Virus record (IMG/VR): IMGVR_UViG_3300037462_000153
Coordinates: 1-46,081 of that record
Reading direction: 5' to 3' (one strand)
Length of the DNA stretch: 46,081 nucleotides
DNA from: a virus
Lineage: Duplodnaviria; Caudoviricetes
This document shows, piece after piece, positions 34,718 to 43,493 of the stretch. The translations under genes and the position numbers were made by a program. Within the stretch, counting starts at the first letter, position 1. The number at the start of each line of letters is the position of its first letter. Below the pieces are notes generated by a model. It did not search any database. It was not told where the DNA came from and saw only the letters and a list, made by a program, of their open reading frames with translations.

Positions 34718-35943
34718 TATGAGCTCTTTCGGATCCAAAATTCTTCATACTGGACGTTACCGGAACTAGCCCGAGCCCGCACCGCCAGCGCCGTGACCGT
34801 CCCGGTGCTGCCGTCCGAGCGGCTTACGTTCAAGCTGTTGGACTGTACGATTACCGCTTTCCAAACGCCCCCGCCAACCGCAAGCAGGATAGATGCGTTT
34901 TCCCCCGGGGCGTTGATGTTGTCTTGGTAAACTACCGTCCATGACGACCCACCGTTAAAGCTGACGTCAATCCCACAGGCCGCTCCGGCCGAGGACGACC
35001 GCAGCAAACCAATCTTGATATCAAACAGCCCCCGCGTCGCCCCAAGAGCGACCGCTACCGACGTGCCGGACGCGGGCGGGGCCGTGAGCGCGCCACCAAC
35101 GGAAGACTGAAACTGTGTCCCGTCGTAAATCATGGACACAATGACGCCCGCAATGAGCGTGGAAGCCGGGAGAGACTGCAAGTCCGGCCCGACGATTGCA
35201 ACCGCGCCAAGGCCGTTGACGTTCAATGTTGCGGCGCCGGTGTTTGTCGTGGCGATCTTGACGCGCAGTTCAGCGCCCAACAAGTCCGTGAGAGACGCAG
35301 GCGCCGGGGACAGCGTGGCGGTCAGGGCGTTGGCAGTTCCGGCAGCCTCGGCGTATGACCACGGGGCTTTGCGTACCGACGCGGCGAGCACGTTGACCGC
35401 GGGCACTCGACCCGTATCCGTGCCAGTCTCCGCCTCGGCCTGCGTAGCAAGCTCCACCAGGCCCGTGCGTGTCAGCGTGGCCGATCGGGAGGACAACCCG
35501 GCAGGCGTCACGATGCGGTCGGTAACGACACCGGCCTGTACTTCCGCATCCGTGGCCACGGCGAAAACCGACAGCGCCGCCCACTTCGTTGCGTCCGTGC
35601 CCGGCTCAACCGTGTTGTTGGCAATCAGCGACCGCCACAGCAGATCGGACCAGCGCACGACCGAATTGATCGGGTAATTGATCGAAATACCATCATTGTC
35701 TGCGGCCGGATGCCAGTCCGGCGCGCCGTTCAACTGGTACTGCCGGATGTTGTCCGTGAGGTCATTGTAAAAACCGTTGGTTTCATCGCGCGGGACGGGC
35801 TTCCAACCCGGATCGCCCGGGGCGATTTCGTAGTCCGGCCCAAAGCCTTGCGCATAGCTGACCGAACCGCCCGGGTCAGTATCAAACGGCACCTCGGCCT
35901 TGTCGCCAGTGGTCGCCCAGGGAAAACGGATAAAGCGCGCCAT
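34717..35943 (-). CDS. Tail fibre protein 1
   Basis: N-terminal PWATTGDK..VSYAQGFGPDY anchor; GLVELATQAE repeats; NTGAATLNVNGLG. Confidence 0.8.
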   Translation of the reverse strand: MARFIRFPWATTGDKAEVPFDTDPGGSVSYAQGFGPDYEIAPGDPGWKPVPRDETNGFYNDLTDNIRQYQLNGAPDWHPAADNDGISINYPINSVVRWSDLLWRSLIANNTVEPGTDATKWAALSVFAVATDAEVQAGVVTDRIVTPAGLSSRSATLTRTGLVELATQAEAETGTDTGRVPAVNVLAASVRKAPWSYAEAAGTANALTATLSPAPASLTDLLGAELRVKIATTNTGAATLNVNGLGAVAIVGPDLQSLPASTLIAGVIVSMIYDGTQFQSSVGGALTAPPASGTSVAVALGATRGLFDIKIGLLRSSSAGAACGIDVSFNGGSSWTVVYQDNINAPGENASILLAVGGGVWKAVIVQSNSLNVSRSDGSTGTVTALAVRARASSGNVQYEEFWIRKSS

Positions 35944-35954
35944 GCGTCAAGCTC

Positions 35955-36602
35955 CTAAGCCCCGAATGGGCCGTTGTTGAAATTCTGGTTATTGGGGCCA
36001 AAGCCCCAAACCGGGTCTGTCAGATAGACGATATTGATACCAACGCCAGCGGGTCGCGGCAATAGGTCGAATTGCTCGATCACGGTACGCACCTGCGTGT
36101 CTAGCTCGGTTTGGAAAACGTAAGTGGCCGTCATGTCGAGGTTATCCACAACGTAGCCTTGGCCGAACACGGTACGCAGAACGAAATTAGTATGCGGCAC
36201 GGACCCGTCAGAAATTAACTGAAACCACCGTAGCCGCAGCACCAGGCGCTTTTGCTCAAGCGTGAGCGACGCGACGCCATCCGACAGACGACCGAACGTG
36301 CCAAGCTGGAAAGGCAAGTTGTCCGGGCCAAAGCCCCAATTGGGACGGTCGCCTGTACCGGGCTGTCCGATCGACAACGGCAATCCAAGGATGACGCCCC
36401 ACACCGCACAGCCGAAATCGTTGGCCGTGGTCAGGTCGAACACGTCACGCGTCCAGTTCGTCCAGAAGTCCCGTTGGTTCTCGTCGTACCAAGTCGACTT
36501 GGACTGCAACACGGACTGCAACCCCGTTGCGTCCTGATATTGCCAAAGGACGGCGCGAAGAAGATTAACGTTGAAATCGAATTCCTGAACCGTGGCCATC
36601 AC
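35955..36602 (-). CDS. Baseplate wedge protein (DUF2612-like)
   Basis: VFDLTTANDFG..WGVILG and DLLPRPAGV motifs. Confidence 0.8.
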   Translation of the reverse strand: MMATVQEFDFNVNLLRAVLWQYQDATGLQSVLQSKSTWYDENQRDFWTNWTRDVFDLTTANDFGCAVWGVILGLPLSIGQPGTGDRPNWGFGPDNLPFQLGTFGRLSDGVASLTLEQKRLVLRLRWFQLISDGSVPHTNFVLRTVFGQGYVVDNLDMTATYVFQTELDTQVRTVIEQFDLLPRPAGVGINIVYLTDPVWGFGPNNQNFNNGPFGA

Positions 36603-37795
36603 GTCACCGTCACGGCTATGTTACCGGCCGTCGTACGCGCAACCTGCGAAATGGTCAGCGGGATCGTCGCCGCCGAAAACGTAACGTTGTCGGTCGAAAG
36701 TAACAGGTTTGTAATGTAGATCGGCGCGGCCACGCGGTTGACGGCCGAAGCAATTTCAAAGGCCGAGACGTCGCCGCCGACAACAAATCCGTCTTCGCCC
36801 TCTTGGCCGCCATTTGCGTACGCCAGAATGGCCGCGCGGATCGTACCGGGCACGTCGGCAAAAGGCGCGCCCGCCTTGACGGTGACCTGCATGTAAATTT
36901 GCACTTCCTCGGGGCGCTGAAAAAGCACCTCGTAAAACTGACCGGTCACCGGGTCTTGCACGTCCACGGTCGTGTCGCCATTATAGCCCGCGCCCATGGA
37001 TTTTTTACGCAGAAGCATCAAACCGATATCGTTGTCCAGGCCACCGTCAACGCAAGCGTAAATGCTGTGCGGCGCCAGTTCGATGTCGTCAATAGTCACA
37101 GGGGCGTTGGTGTAGTTCTCCCGGAACAGGGCAGACTTGACGCCCGGTAGCGCGTTCAGGCCCGAAAGGATCGCCTCACCCAACGCCACGCCCTGCAACG
37201 CCAACGTCAACCGGCGACGACGGCGCGCGGCCGCGTCGCTTTCCTCCGCTTGGCCGTTCTCCGCGGCGTAGGGGTTGCTGACTGTTTCCCACCCAAGCAC
37301 GGGTGTAACGATCGTGTTGAGCGCGCCAACGCCCGCCGGGAACGCGCCAAGCTGCTCGGACTGGAAAACCCCCAACCCTTCACCGGATGCGTCAAGAATG
37401 ACGGCGCTTTGCAGAAGGAACCGCGCGCCCGATGTGCTGACCGCCGCAACAGCGCTCGCGGGAATGATCGCACCTGGAATACCGGTAAGCTCAACGCCAC
37501 GAATGACCGTGGGCGTGGCCACAAAGCGCGCGCCGCCAGTCAGCGCCCAAAGCGCGTCAAGAAACACTCCGCCGGCTAGATTGGGGTTGATCTGGTTCGC
37601 CAGCGCGGCGTTGTTGCGGGCGACCGCATCGCGTGAAAGCGTTTCGGCGGTGATCAACACGCCCTGCGGCGTCTCGGGGCTCACGTCCAGGTCGTCACCG
37701 AACGCTGCCCGGTATTCGTTCTGCACCTGGTCAAGCGTGGTCGACGTGTCCGGCACGATTACGCCCGTTGCGGTGATGAATGCATAATCAACCAT
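36599..37795 (-). CDS. Baseplate J-like wedge protein
   Basis: SPETPQGVLI, NPNLAGGVFLDAL, EESDAAARRR and PHSIYACVDGG motifs. Confidence 0.88.
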   Translation of the reverse strand: MVDYAFITATGVIVPDTSTTLDQVQNEYRAAFGDDLDVSPETPQGVLITAETLSRDAVARNNAALANQINPNLAGGVFLDALWALTGGARFVATPTVIRGVELTGIPGAIIPASAVAAVSTSGARFLLQSAVILDASGEGLGVFQSEQLGAFPAGVGALNTIVTPVLGWETVSNPYAAENGQAEESDAAARRRRRLTLALQGVALGEAILSGLNALPGVKSALFRENYTNAPVTIDDIELAPHSIYACVDGGLDNDIGLMLLRKKSMGAGYNGDTTVDVQDPVTGQFYEVLFQRPEEVQIYMQVTVKAGAPFADVPGTIRAAILAYANGGQEGEDGFVVGGDVSAFEIASAVNRVAAPIYITNLLLSTDNVTFSAATIPLTISQVARTTAGNIAVTVT

Positions 37796-38129
37796 TGATT
37801 GACCCCGTGCCGTAAATCGTCGTTATTGTCGCCTGGTACTGCATGCGGTCACCGACCTGCTCGGTTGCCAACTCTTCGATGCCGGTCACGCCCTCAATCT
37901 GCTGGATCCGTTCGCGAAACGCCGCCTCAAACGGCGCTGTGGTCGGCGCGCCCACCCATATGGTTTGAAAGTAAGGCATGCCTTGTTGTTGCGCCAGCAC
38001 CATTTCACCAAGGATAGCCTGCGCACAGTGCCGGGCGACCAGCAACACAGCATCAAGGTCCGACGACAGCGTGAGCGATCGGCCGGACACTGCAAGGTCG
38101 TTTGACGCGTTGGTGGTAAATGTCCTCAT
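37788..38129 (-). CDS. Baseplate gp25/W-like protein
   Basis: LGE...GMPY, IEGVTGI and ITTIYG pattern; precedes J. Confidence 0.72.
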   Translation of the reverse strand: MRTFTTNASNDLAVSGRSLTLSSDLDAVLLVARHCAQAILGEMVLAQQQGMPYFQTIWVGAPTTAPFEAAFRERIQQIEGVTGIEELATEQVGDRMQYQATITTIYGTGSING

Positions 38130-38755
38130 GGGTTCGGCACATCCGTATCGTTGCTGCCGGTCGTCACCCCGCCATGCGTGTGAGTATCCCCGATGTTGAT
38201 ACCGTTCATCTTAAGCCCGTCCGGCCCAAACGTTAGAACATTGCCCCCTGCGGACCATTCAAAGCTGTCCCCATCAAACGCCATGTAGCTTGAACCGCTA
38301 TTGGCCCCAATTACCACGCGGCCCTCTTGACCTGCGGGTGGCGCGCCGTTGCTCATGGCGTCCGGCATGAACACGCCGTCTTGGAAAGAGTGCATGCGCG
38401 CGGTGTTCGGCGCGCCCTTCTGCAATCCCTGTTGAAACGTGGATATGTCCCGATCGGCCGCCATGAGCCAACCCTTATCGCCGGGCTGGATCGGCAACGA
38501 GATACTGAACGCGCCGTTCCCCGGCTGCATGACCCGAATGCTCGCCACGTCGGCGCGATCCACGGCCTCGCCGTCGCTGCCAACCATCTGTACCAAGTGC
38601 CGCACGGTCGCGCGGTTCGTTGCGCGGTCATAGGCCACAACCTCGACCGGCAGCATGCTGTCAAACGACTGCATCGCCTTATTGACGGCGGTCTTAATCA
38701 CACCGGGGAGGGTGCTTTCGTCAGCTGGTCGAATGCTTGGGGTTTGGTTAACCAT
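38126..38755 (-). CDS. Baseplate central spike (gp138/gpV-like)
   Basis: OB-fold with PIQPGDKG..ADRDIS and RMHSFQDG; C-terminal HTH metal-binding motif (THTHGGV). Confidence 0.85.
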   Translation of the reverse strand: MVNQTPSIRPADESTLPGVIKTAVNKAMQSFDSMLPVEVVAYDRATNRATVRHLVQMVGSDGEAVDRADVASIRVMQPGNGAFSISLPIQPGDKGWLMAADRDISTFQQGLQKGAPNTARMHSFQDGVFMPDAMSNGAPPAGQEGRVVIGANSGSSYMAFDGDSFEWSAGGNVLTFGPDGLKMNGINIGDTHTHGGVTTGSNDTDVPNP

Positions 38756-39572
38756 TGCGGCTCGCTTCAATGTCGAGATACCAAGGGGTGTCCCGACTGG
38801 CTAGATCGAAATCAATCTTATAGATCGTATAGTTTCCATTCAAGGCCGGGTTAAGCTCGCTGGTCAATTGCATTTCCCCGCCAAGCTCGGTTTGCAGGTC
38901 AAACAGCACGCGCACTTTTACGCCGCGCTCCGTGGCCTCCGGCACACCGACCATGCCGGTGGACGCGTTCACGATCTTGACGCGGTTGGCCAGCGGCTTG
39001 TTGCGCTCTTTGACCACAAGGGTGGTGTCGTCCAGGTACGCGTCGACGTTGCCCGCCTCGGCCAGTGCGTTGACCTGCCGCAGTACGGCGCCGCTAAACG
39101 AATAGTTTGCAATGAGCTTGTCGGTTGCCTCAAACACAAGGTTTGCTTCCAAATCCGTGGCCACCCGTTGCGCGATCGCCTGTAAGCCCTCTTGCGCCTT
39201 GCCCGACCGCGCAACAATTTCACCCTTTTTGAAGGAACCCGTTTGTGCCTCAAGGTCCAGGCGAATGTCTGGCGGCTGCGACGGGCTGGACCGGGTGATG
39301 TTGCCCACGAACAGCCGCGCCGTGCCGGTCGACACGCGCCCCGCCTCAACGATCAGCGTTTTAGGGGTACGGTTCTTGTTGAACGGGCTCGTCTCGGTCA
39401 GGATAAAATTGCGGACGTCGCGCGACAGGTTGGTGATTGAGACGCTGCAAGTGTTTTGCGTGTCGGTCACGCCCTTGGACCCCTGCGCGGTGATCTGCAG
39501 CCCTTCGTACCAGTTCAAGCCGCCGGAAACCTCAATGCCGATCCGTAGTATACGCTGGTCAATGTTGGTCAT
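38748..39572 (-). CDS. Baseplate hub protein
   Basis: SITNLS, VEAG, LFVGNI, TGMVGVPE and LNGNY motifs. Confidence 0.8.
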   Translation of the reverse strand: MTNIDQRILRIGIEVSGGLNWYEGLQITAQGSKGVTDTQNTCSVSITNLSRDVRNFILTETSPFNKNRTPKTLIVEAGRVSTGTARLFVGNITRSSPSQPPDIRLDLEAQTGSFKKGEIVARSGKAQEGLQAIAQRVATDLEANLVFEATDKLIANYSFSGAVLRQVNALAEAGNVDAYLDDTTLVVKERNKPLANRVKIVNASTGMVGVPEATERGVKVRVLFDLQTELGGEMQLTSELNPALNGNYTIYKIDFDLASRDTPWYLDIEASRNG

Positions 39573-40204
39573 AGGGCGTCGTACCACTGGCGCAGCGTGG
39601 AGCCCTGCGGGCTCGGCGTAGGCCCGGCGCCCGACTGCTGATAGGACGTACCCGCCCGGGCCGCTGTGGTGGCGTTGGCGGCGGTCGTCTGCTGCGTTCC
39701 CCGGTTGGCCGTCGACGAGTTGGCCGGGTTGGCGACTTGCGACTGGCTAAGGCCGGACTGCGGGGCCACAAGCCGGGCCTCCCGCAGTCGCAAGCGAATG
39801 GCGATCGCGTTGAACGCGTCCGGCGTCTCGTCGTGCGGCAGGTCTGTGATGACCATATTCGGATACGAGCCGGTGCGCGTGCGTATCGTCAGGAGCGTGC
39901 CGGCGCTGTAGACCGTCCGAATAGCGGCGTAGGTGGACCGATACGCAGCCTCGCCAACGCACAAAAGCGGCAACTCAATTTCGATTGGCTGAAACACGAT
40001 GTGATCAGCAATGACCGAGCCCGTCTCAAGCGGGTGCTCCATCACGTCCGCGAATTCGTATACGCTGGCGGTCAGGGGACGCGCCGCAGAGAACAGCGGC
40101 ACGAAACCCGCGCCTGTGATGGCCACGACGTCGACGGCCTTGCTCGGCGATATGAGGGACCGCCCGAGATTGATCGCACCGGAAAGAATGTCTGTCAGCG
40201 CCAT
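39569..40204 (-). CDS. Tail tube initiator / Dit-like baseplate protein
   Basis: EHPLETGSVIADHIVFQP and YPNMVI motifs; follows the tape measure gene. Confidence 0.75.
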   Translation of the reverse strand: MALTDILSGAINLGRSLISPSKAVDVVAITGAGFVPLFSAARPLTASVYEFADVMEHPLETGSVIADHIVFQPIEIELPLLCVGEAAYRSTYAAIRTVYSAGTLLTIRTRTGSYPNMVITDLPHDETPDAFNAIAIRLRLREARLVAPQSGLSQSQVANPANSSTANRGTQQTTAANATTAARAGTSYQQSGAGPTPSPQGSTLRQWYDAL

Positions 40205-42039
40205 TACCGGTCCACCCCGTCGTCAAACTGCGCAGCTGTGCCGCGCAACTGCTTTTGTAGTTCGCCGCGCACCGCACCGGCAACGGCCCGGGCGTCGGTC
40301 GCCTGCGTGTTCACGGTCACGTTACCAACCGACACGTTGGACGTGTTCGACACCGTCGTGCCCCCGACCGCCCCTGCCGTGTTGATCGCCGCCCCGGACG
40401 CCCCCGCCGCAAGTTTCTGACCTTGCCCCATCATGGCGCCGATTGCCGCGCCGCCGGCCGCGATATTGTCGTTTGCCCCCGCTGGAGCGGTTGCGCTGCC
40501 GACCCCCGCAATAGACGCCGCCAAGTCCCGAATGCCTGCGGCAATGTTAGAAATTTGACCAGCAATCAAGCCGACTGTGTTATCCCACACAGATTTTACA
40601 AATTGGAACGCCGCCGCTAGGCCATCACGTAGCGCAGTGGCCGCGCGATCCGTTGCGCCCGCGAACTGATCAAGATCCCCAAATACACCTTCAAACAGGG
40701 ATTTAGCAAAATCCGCAACGGTCTTAAAACTGTCGCCCATGCGCTGGATAACAGGCTGTAGGTCGGACGAAATGCGCGTACCGAGCGCGCCAAACAATTC
40801 GCCAACTGCGCTTACCAGATCTTTAAAGGCGGTCCAAATTGGTTCGACCGACGACCAAAACGCCTGCGTGGCTTCTGAAGCTTGATTAGACGCGTCGACA
40901 AAAAGACCCCATGCGTACTTCAGCGCCTCAACAGTAGCTTTACCCGCGTCTTTCACTGCCTCAAACGAGCGTTTTAAAAATTCAATGGCTTCACGAACTG
41001 CGGCGTATTTTTCAACCAAAGCGCCAATCAACGACGGCTGGTCATTGAGGAACGCCATGACGTCTTCATAAACAAGCGCCACAGCCACGCCGATACCAAT
41101 GATAGCGGCTGCCATAAGCAGAAAAGGCCAAGTTGCAGCAAAAGTAGCGGCCGCGGCGGCCCACATGGCCGGCAGGTACATGGCGGTAATCACGCCCGCA
41201 ATGCCGATGAAAAACCCCGTCACCAGCGTGCCGTTGCGGCTGACCCATTCCGCCAGATTGGCGAACATATCCACAGCTTTTGTCATGGCGGGTAGGAGCG
41301 CCTGGAGAATGGCGTTTCCGACAGAGGTCAGCGCGTTCTGCGCGCGGCCCAACTCGCCGTAATATTCGCGGACGTTCGCGGCTTGCTCTTCCGTGACAAC
41401 GCCGAGTTCTTTCTCAGCGGCTATCCTTGCCTCAAGGGCGGCGCGACCCCGCAACAGCAAGTCAATGCTGGCGGCGTCTTCAATGCCGAGCTTTTTGATA
41501 CGCGCCAGGGCCTCGGCGCGCGATACGTTCTCAAGGTTACCGGCGAGCTCCAGCATAGCGTCGGATGCTCCGAGCGCTTGGCCCTCGGCGTTTTTGAAAG
41601 CCAGCCCCCATTCGGTAAAGTCCTTGCGCGCGCCGCTTTCCGCGTCGCTGAAAGCCTCGTTGACCTTCTCCCCGAGCTTTACGAGCGTGTCGAGCGCTGC
41701 GGCCGTTTCGCCGCCCATGCCCTTGACGGATCGCTGGAACGCATCGACATCGGCCACGCTGGAATTGAGCTTGCTGCTGAACTGGTCGAGCTCACGCACC
41801 GCAGCCGCCCGGGCTATCGCGATGTTAAGCGCGGCCCCCGCCGTCGCCAGCGTGAGCAACGGCCCAACGATTGCCGCCGCCATACGCTTGAAAGACGCGC
41901 CGACCCCTTCCGCCGCCGCGTCTACCTTGTTGAGCCCGGCCGCTGCCTTGTCGCTGGCCTTGTCAACCTCATTGATATCCTTGGCCGCTTCGTCAGCGTC
42001 CGTTTTGAACAGGATATAAAAGGTTTCAAGGATGCTCAT
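40204..42039 (-). CDS. Tape measure protein
   Basis: 611 aa, Ala-rich and helical with a hydrophobic central segment; follows the chaperones. Confidence 0.85.
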   Translation of the reverse strand: MSILETFYILFKTDADEAAKDINEVDKASDKAAAGLNKVDAAAEGVGASFKRMAAAIVGPLLTLATAGAALNIAIARAAAVRELDQFSSKLNSSVADVDAFQRSVKGMGGETAAALDTLVKLGEKVNEAFSDAESGARKDFTEWGLAFKNAEGQALGASDAMLELAGNLENVSRAEALARIKKLGIEDAASIDLLLRGRAALEARIAAEKELGVVTEEQAANVREYYGELGRAQNALTSVGNAILQALLPAMTKAVDMFANLAEWVSRNGTLVTGFFIGIAGVITAMYLPAMWAAAAATFAATWPFLLMAAAIIGIGVAVALVYEDVMAFLNDQPSLIGALVEKYAAVREAIEFLKRSFEAVKDAGKATVEALKYAWGLFVDASNQASEATQAFWSSVEPIWTAFKDLVSAVGELFGALGTRISSDLQPVIQRMGDSFKTVADFAKSLFEGVFGDLDQFAGATDRAATALRDGLAAAFQFVKSVWDNTVGLIAGQISNIAAGIRDLAASIAGVGSATAPAGANDNIAAGGAAIGAMMGQGQKLAAGASGAAINTAGAVGGTTVSNTSNVSVGNVTVNTQATDARAVAGAVRGELQKQLRGTAAQFDDGVDR

Positions 42040-42269
42040 TTACGTTTCGCTTCCTGGACGGCCAGCCATTCGTTGAACTTGGACGTTACAACGACTTCCC
42101 ATAAATCAAAAGCGTCCTCTAGTGAGTATCGCGTTTTGAGCTCGTAGAGGGTTGCGCGGCCGCTTTGGACAATTGCTCCAATAAAGGGGTCAACGTTCCG
42201 GTAATCCACCGTTCGGCCTTCTGGCTGAAACTCCCGAAGAAACCGGAGCTCAGCGCGCGAACGAAAAAA
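42036..42269 (-). CDS. Tail assembly chaperone frameshift extension (gpT-like, -1 frame)
   Basis: Open -1 frame ...VDYRNVDPFIGAIVQSGRATLYELKTRYSLEDAFDLWE...; slippery T TTT TTC at 42263-42269; stop overlaps the TMP ATG. Confidence 0.7.
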   Translation of the reverse strand, partial: FFRSRAELRFLREFQPEGRTVDYRNVDPFIGAIVQSGRATLYELKTRYSLEDAFDLWEVVVTSKFNEWLAVQEAKRK

Positions 42270-42556
42270 CCGAAATTGTACTCCAGCATTTCCTTTTCGA
42301 GCAGCATCAGCGTGTGCGCGTCCGGCACGTGGTTGTTCACAAGTGCGCGGGTCGTCAGGGGCGTGCCGTCGCCGGTCTGCACGTAGGCCATGAGCTTGAG
42401 CATGATAGCCTCGGACTGGTCGTATTCCCCGAGCTTGGGGATATTGGACAGCGGGTACTTGGCCACAATCTCGCGGCCCTCGACCGCCGGCACCTTGGAA
42501 ATGATGTAGCGCCGGTCGTTTACGGTTACTTCCTTGGGCTCAATCATTTCAGCCAT
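42119..42556 (-). CDS. Tail assembly chaperone (gpG-like)
   Basis: LVNNHVPD..LEKEMLEYNFGFF; between tube and TMP. Confidence 0.75.
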   Translation of the reverse strand: MAEMIEPKEVTVNDRRYIISKVPAVEGREIVAKYPLSNIPKLGEYDQSEAIMLKLMAYVQTGDGTPLTTRALVNNHVPDAHTLMLLEKEMLEYNFGFFVRALSSGFFGSFSQKAERWITGTLTPLLEQLSKAAAQPSTSSKRDTH

Positions 42557-42734
42557 CGGCCAGCATCCCCCGTATTACGTCAGCCGCATGGGCTTTGAAT
42601 TGCGCATGCAGTTCGTCCGCGGTTTTCATGGAGAGCTGAACCGCGTCTAGCAACTGTTTGACGGCTTCCGGCGGCGCATCTTTCAAGCCGATTTTCAAAA
42701 TGTCCAAAATCATTTGGTCGCGGTCGTTTATCAT
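42549..42734 (-). CDS. Hypothetical cassette protein
   Basis: GGGAG RBS; ATGA coupling. Confidence 0.5.
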   Translation of the reverse strand: MINDRDQMILDILKIGLKDAPPEAVKQLLDAVQLSMKTADELHAQFKAHAADVIRGMLADG

Positions 42735-42958
42735 CCCAACAACTCCCGCGCCCACGATTGGAACGTGTGGCCCTCGGGGGCCGGTTCGTCATTCGCCAGG
42801 CGCTGCAGGAGCGCGCGGCATTCCTCAAGGCGGCGGGCGCCATCCCGGCATGACTTTGCCGACGACGGACCTTTTTCCGTCTCCAGCACCTCGCCGAGCG
42901 TGCGCAGGTCGTCAATCATATAATCCATGGTCGGTGATGGGTCTTGCCAGTGTGCCAC
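42731..42958 (-). CDS. Hypothetical protein, first gene of a cassette
   Basis: TTGGAGGTTGGCACATC-GTG leader. Confidence 0.5.
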   Translation of the reverse strand: MAHWQDPSPTMDYMIDDLRTLGEVLETEKGPSSAKSCRDGARRLEECRALLQRLANDEPAPEGHTFQSWARELLG

Positions 42959-43022
42959 GATGTGCCAACCTCCAATGAAAAACCGGGCGCGCGACATGCG
43001 GCCCGGTCCTCATGTAACCCCA

Positions 43023-43042
43023 ACTTGACGGTTACGTCAAGT
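43023..43042 (-). promoter_or_regulatory. Palindrome ACTTGAC-N6-GTCAAGT at the tube stop
   Basis: TTGACGGTTACGTCAA; possible TTGACG-17-TTACAT. Confidence 0.65.
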
Positions 43043-43480
43043 ACGCGCCAAGTTCTCAAACGCGAACATGTACGGCTTGGTCTTGATCCGGCCCGAGCTC
43101 GCCAGCGCCTTGCCGGGGATGCCGTCCGTGATCGCGCCATTGCTCCAAGTCTGCGTTGAGCCGTCGGGATAAACGGCCGTGAGCGTGATCACATCGCGGG
43201 CCGGGCGCTTGCCGCGCGCCGCGCGGTTCGCCTCGAGCAGCACCGACAGATTGCGGTCGTCGTCGGTCGCCGGGATGAGATTGAGCGTAACCAACAGCGG
43301 GTTGGCCTTGCTCCAGGTGATCAGATCACCGTTGACGCCCATTGTCTTGTCGGCAATCTGCTGCTGCGGCACGTCCAGGCTGTCGGCGTCGTCGGCGAAC
43401 TGTGTGAGGTCGATACCTGCGGGAAAGGTGACCGAAGCCACCAGTCGCACGCGAATGCCAAATGCAGAAATGTCAGTCAT
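43037..43480 (-). CDS. Tail tube protein
   Basis: [27 protein letters not shown] and [16 protein letters not shown]; follows the sheath. Confidence 0.8.
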   Translation of the reverse strand: MTDISAFGIRVRLVASVTFPAGIDLTQFADDADSLDVPQQQIADKTMGVNGDLITWSKANPLLVTLNLIPATDDDRNLSVLLEANRAARGKRPARDVITLTAVYPDGSTQTWSNGAITDGIPGKALASSGRIKTKPYMFAFENLART

Positions 43481-43493
43481 GCGCGTGCGCTCC

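Noticed and set aside
33319-35943. Diversity-generating retroelement or invertible tail-fibre switch
   Set aside because: I saw no reverse transcriptase, invertase or template/variable repeat pair.
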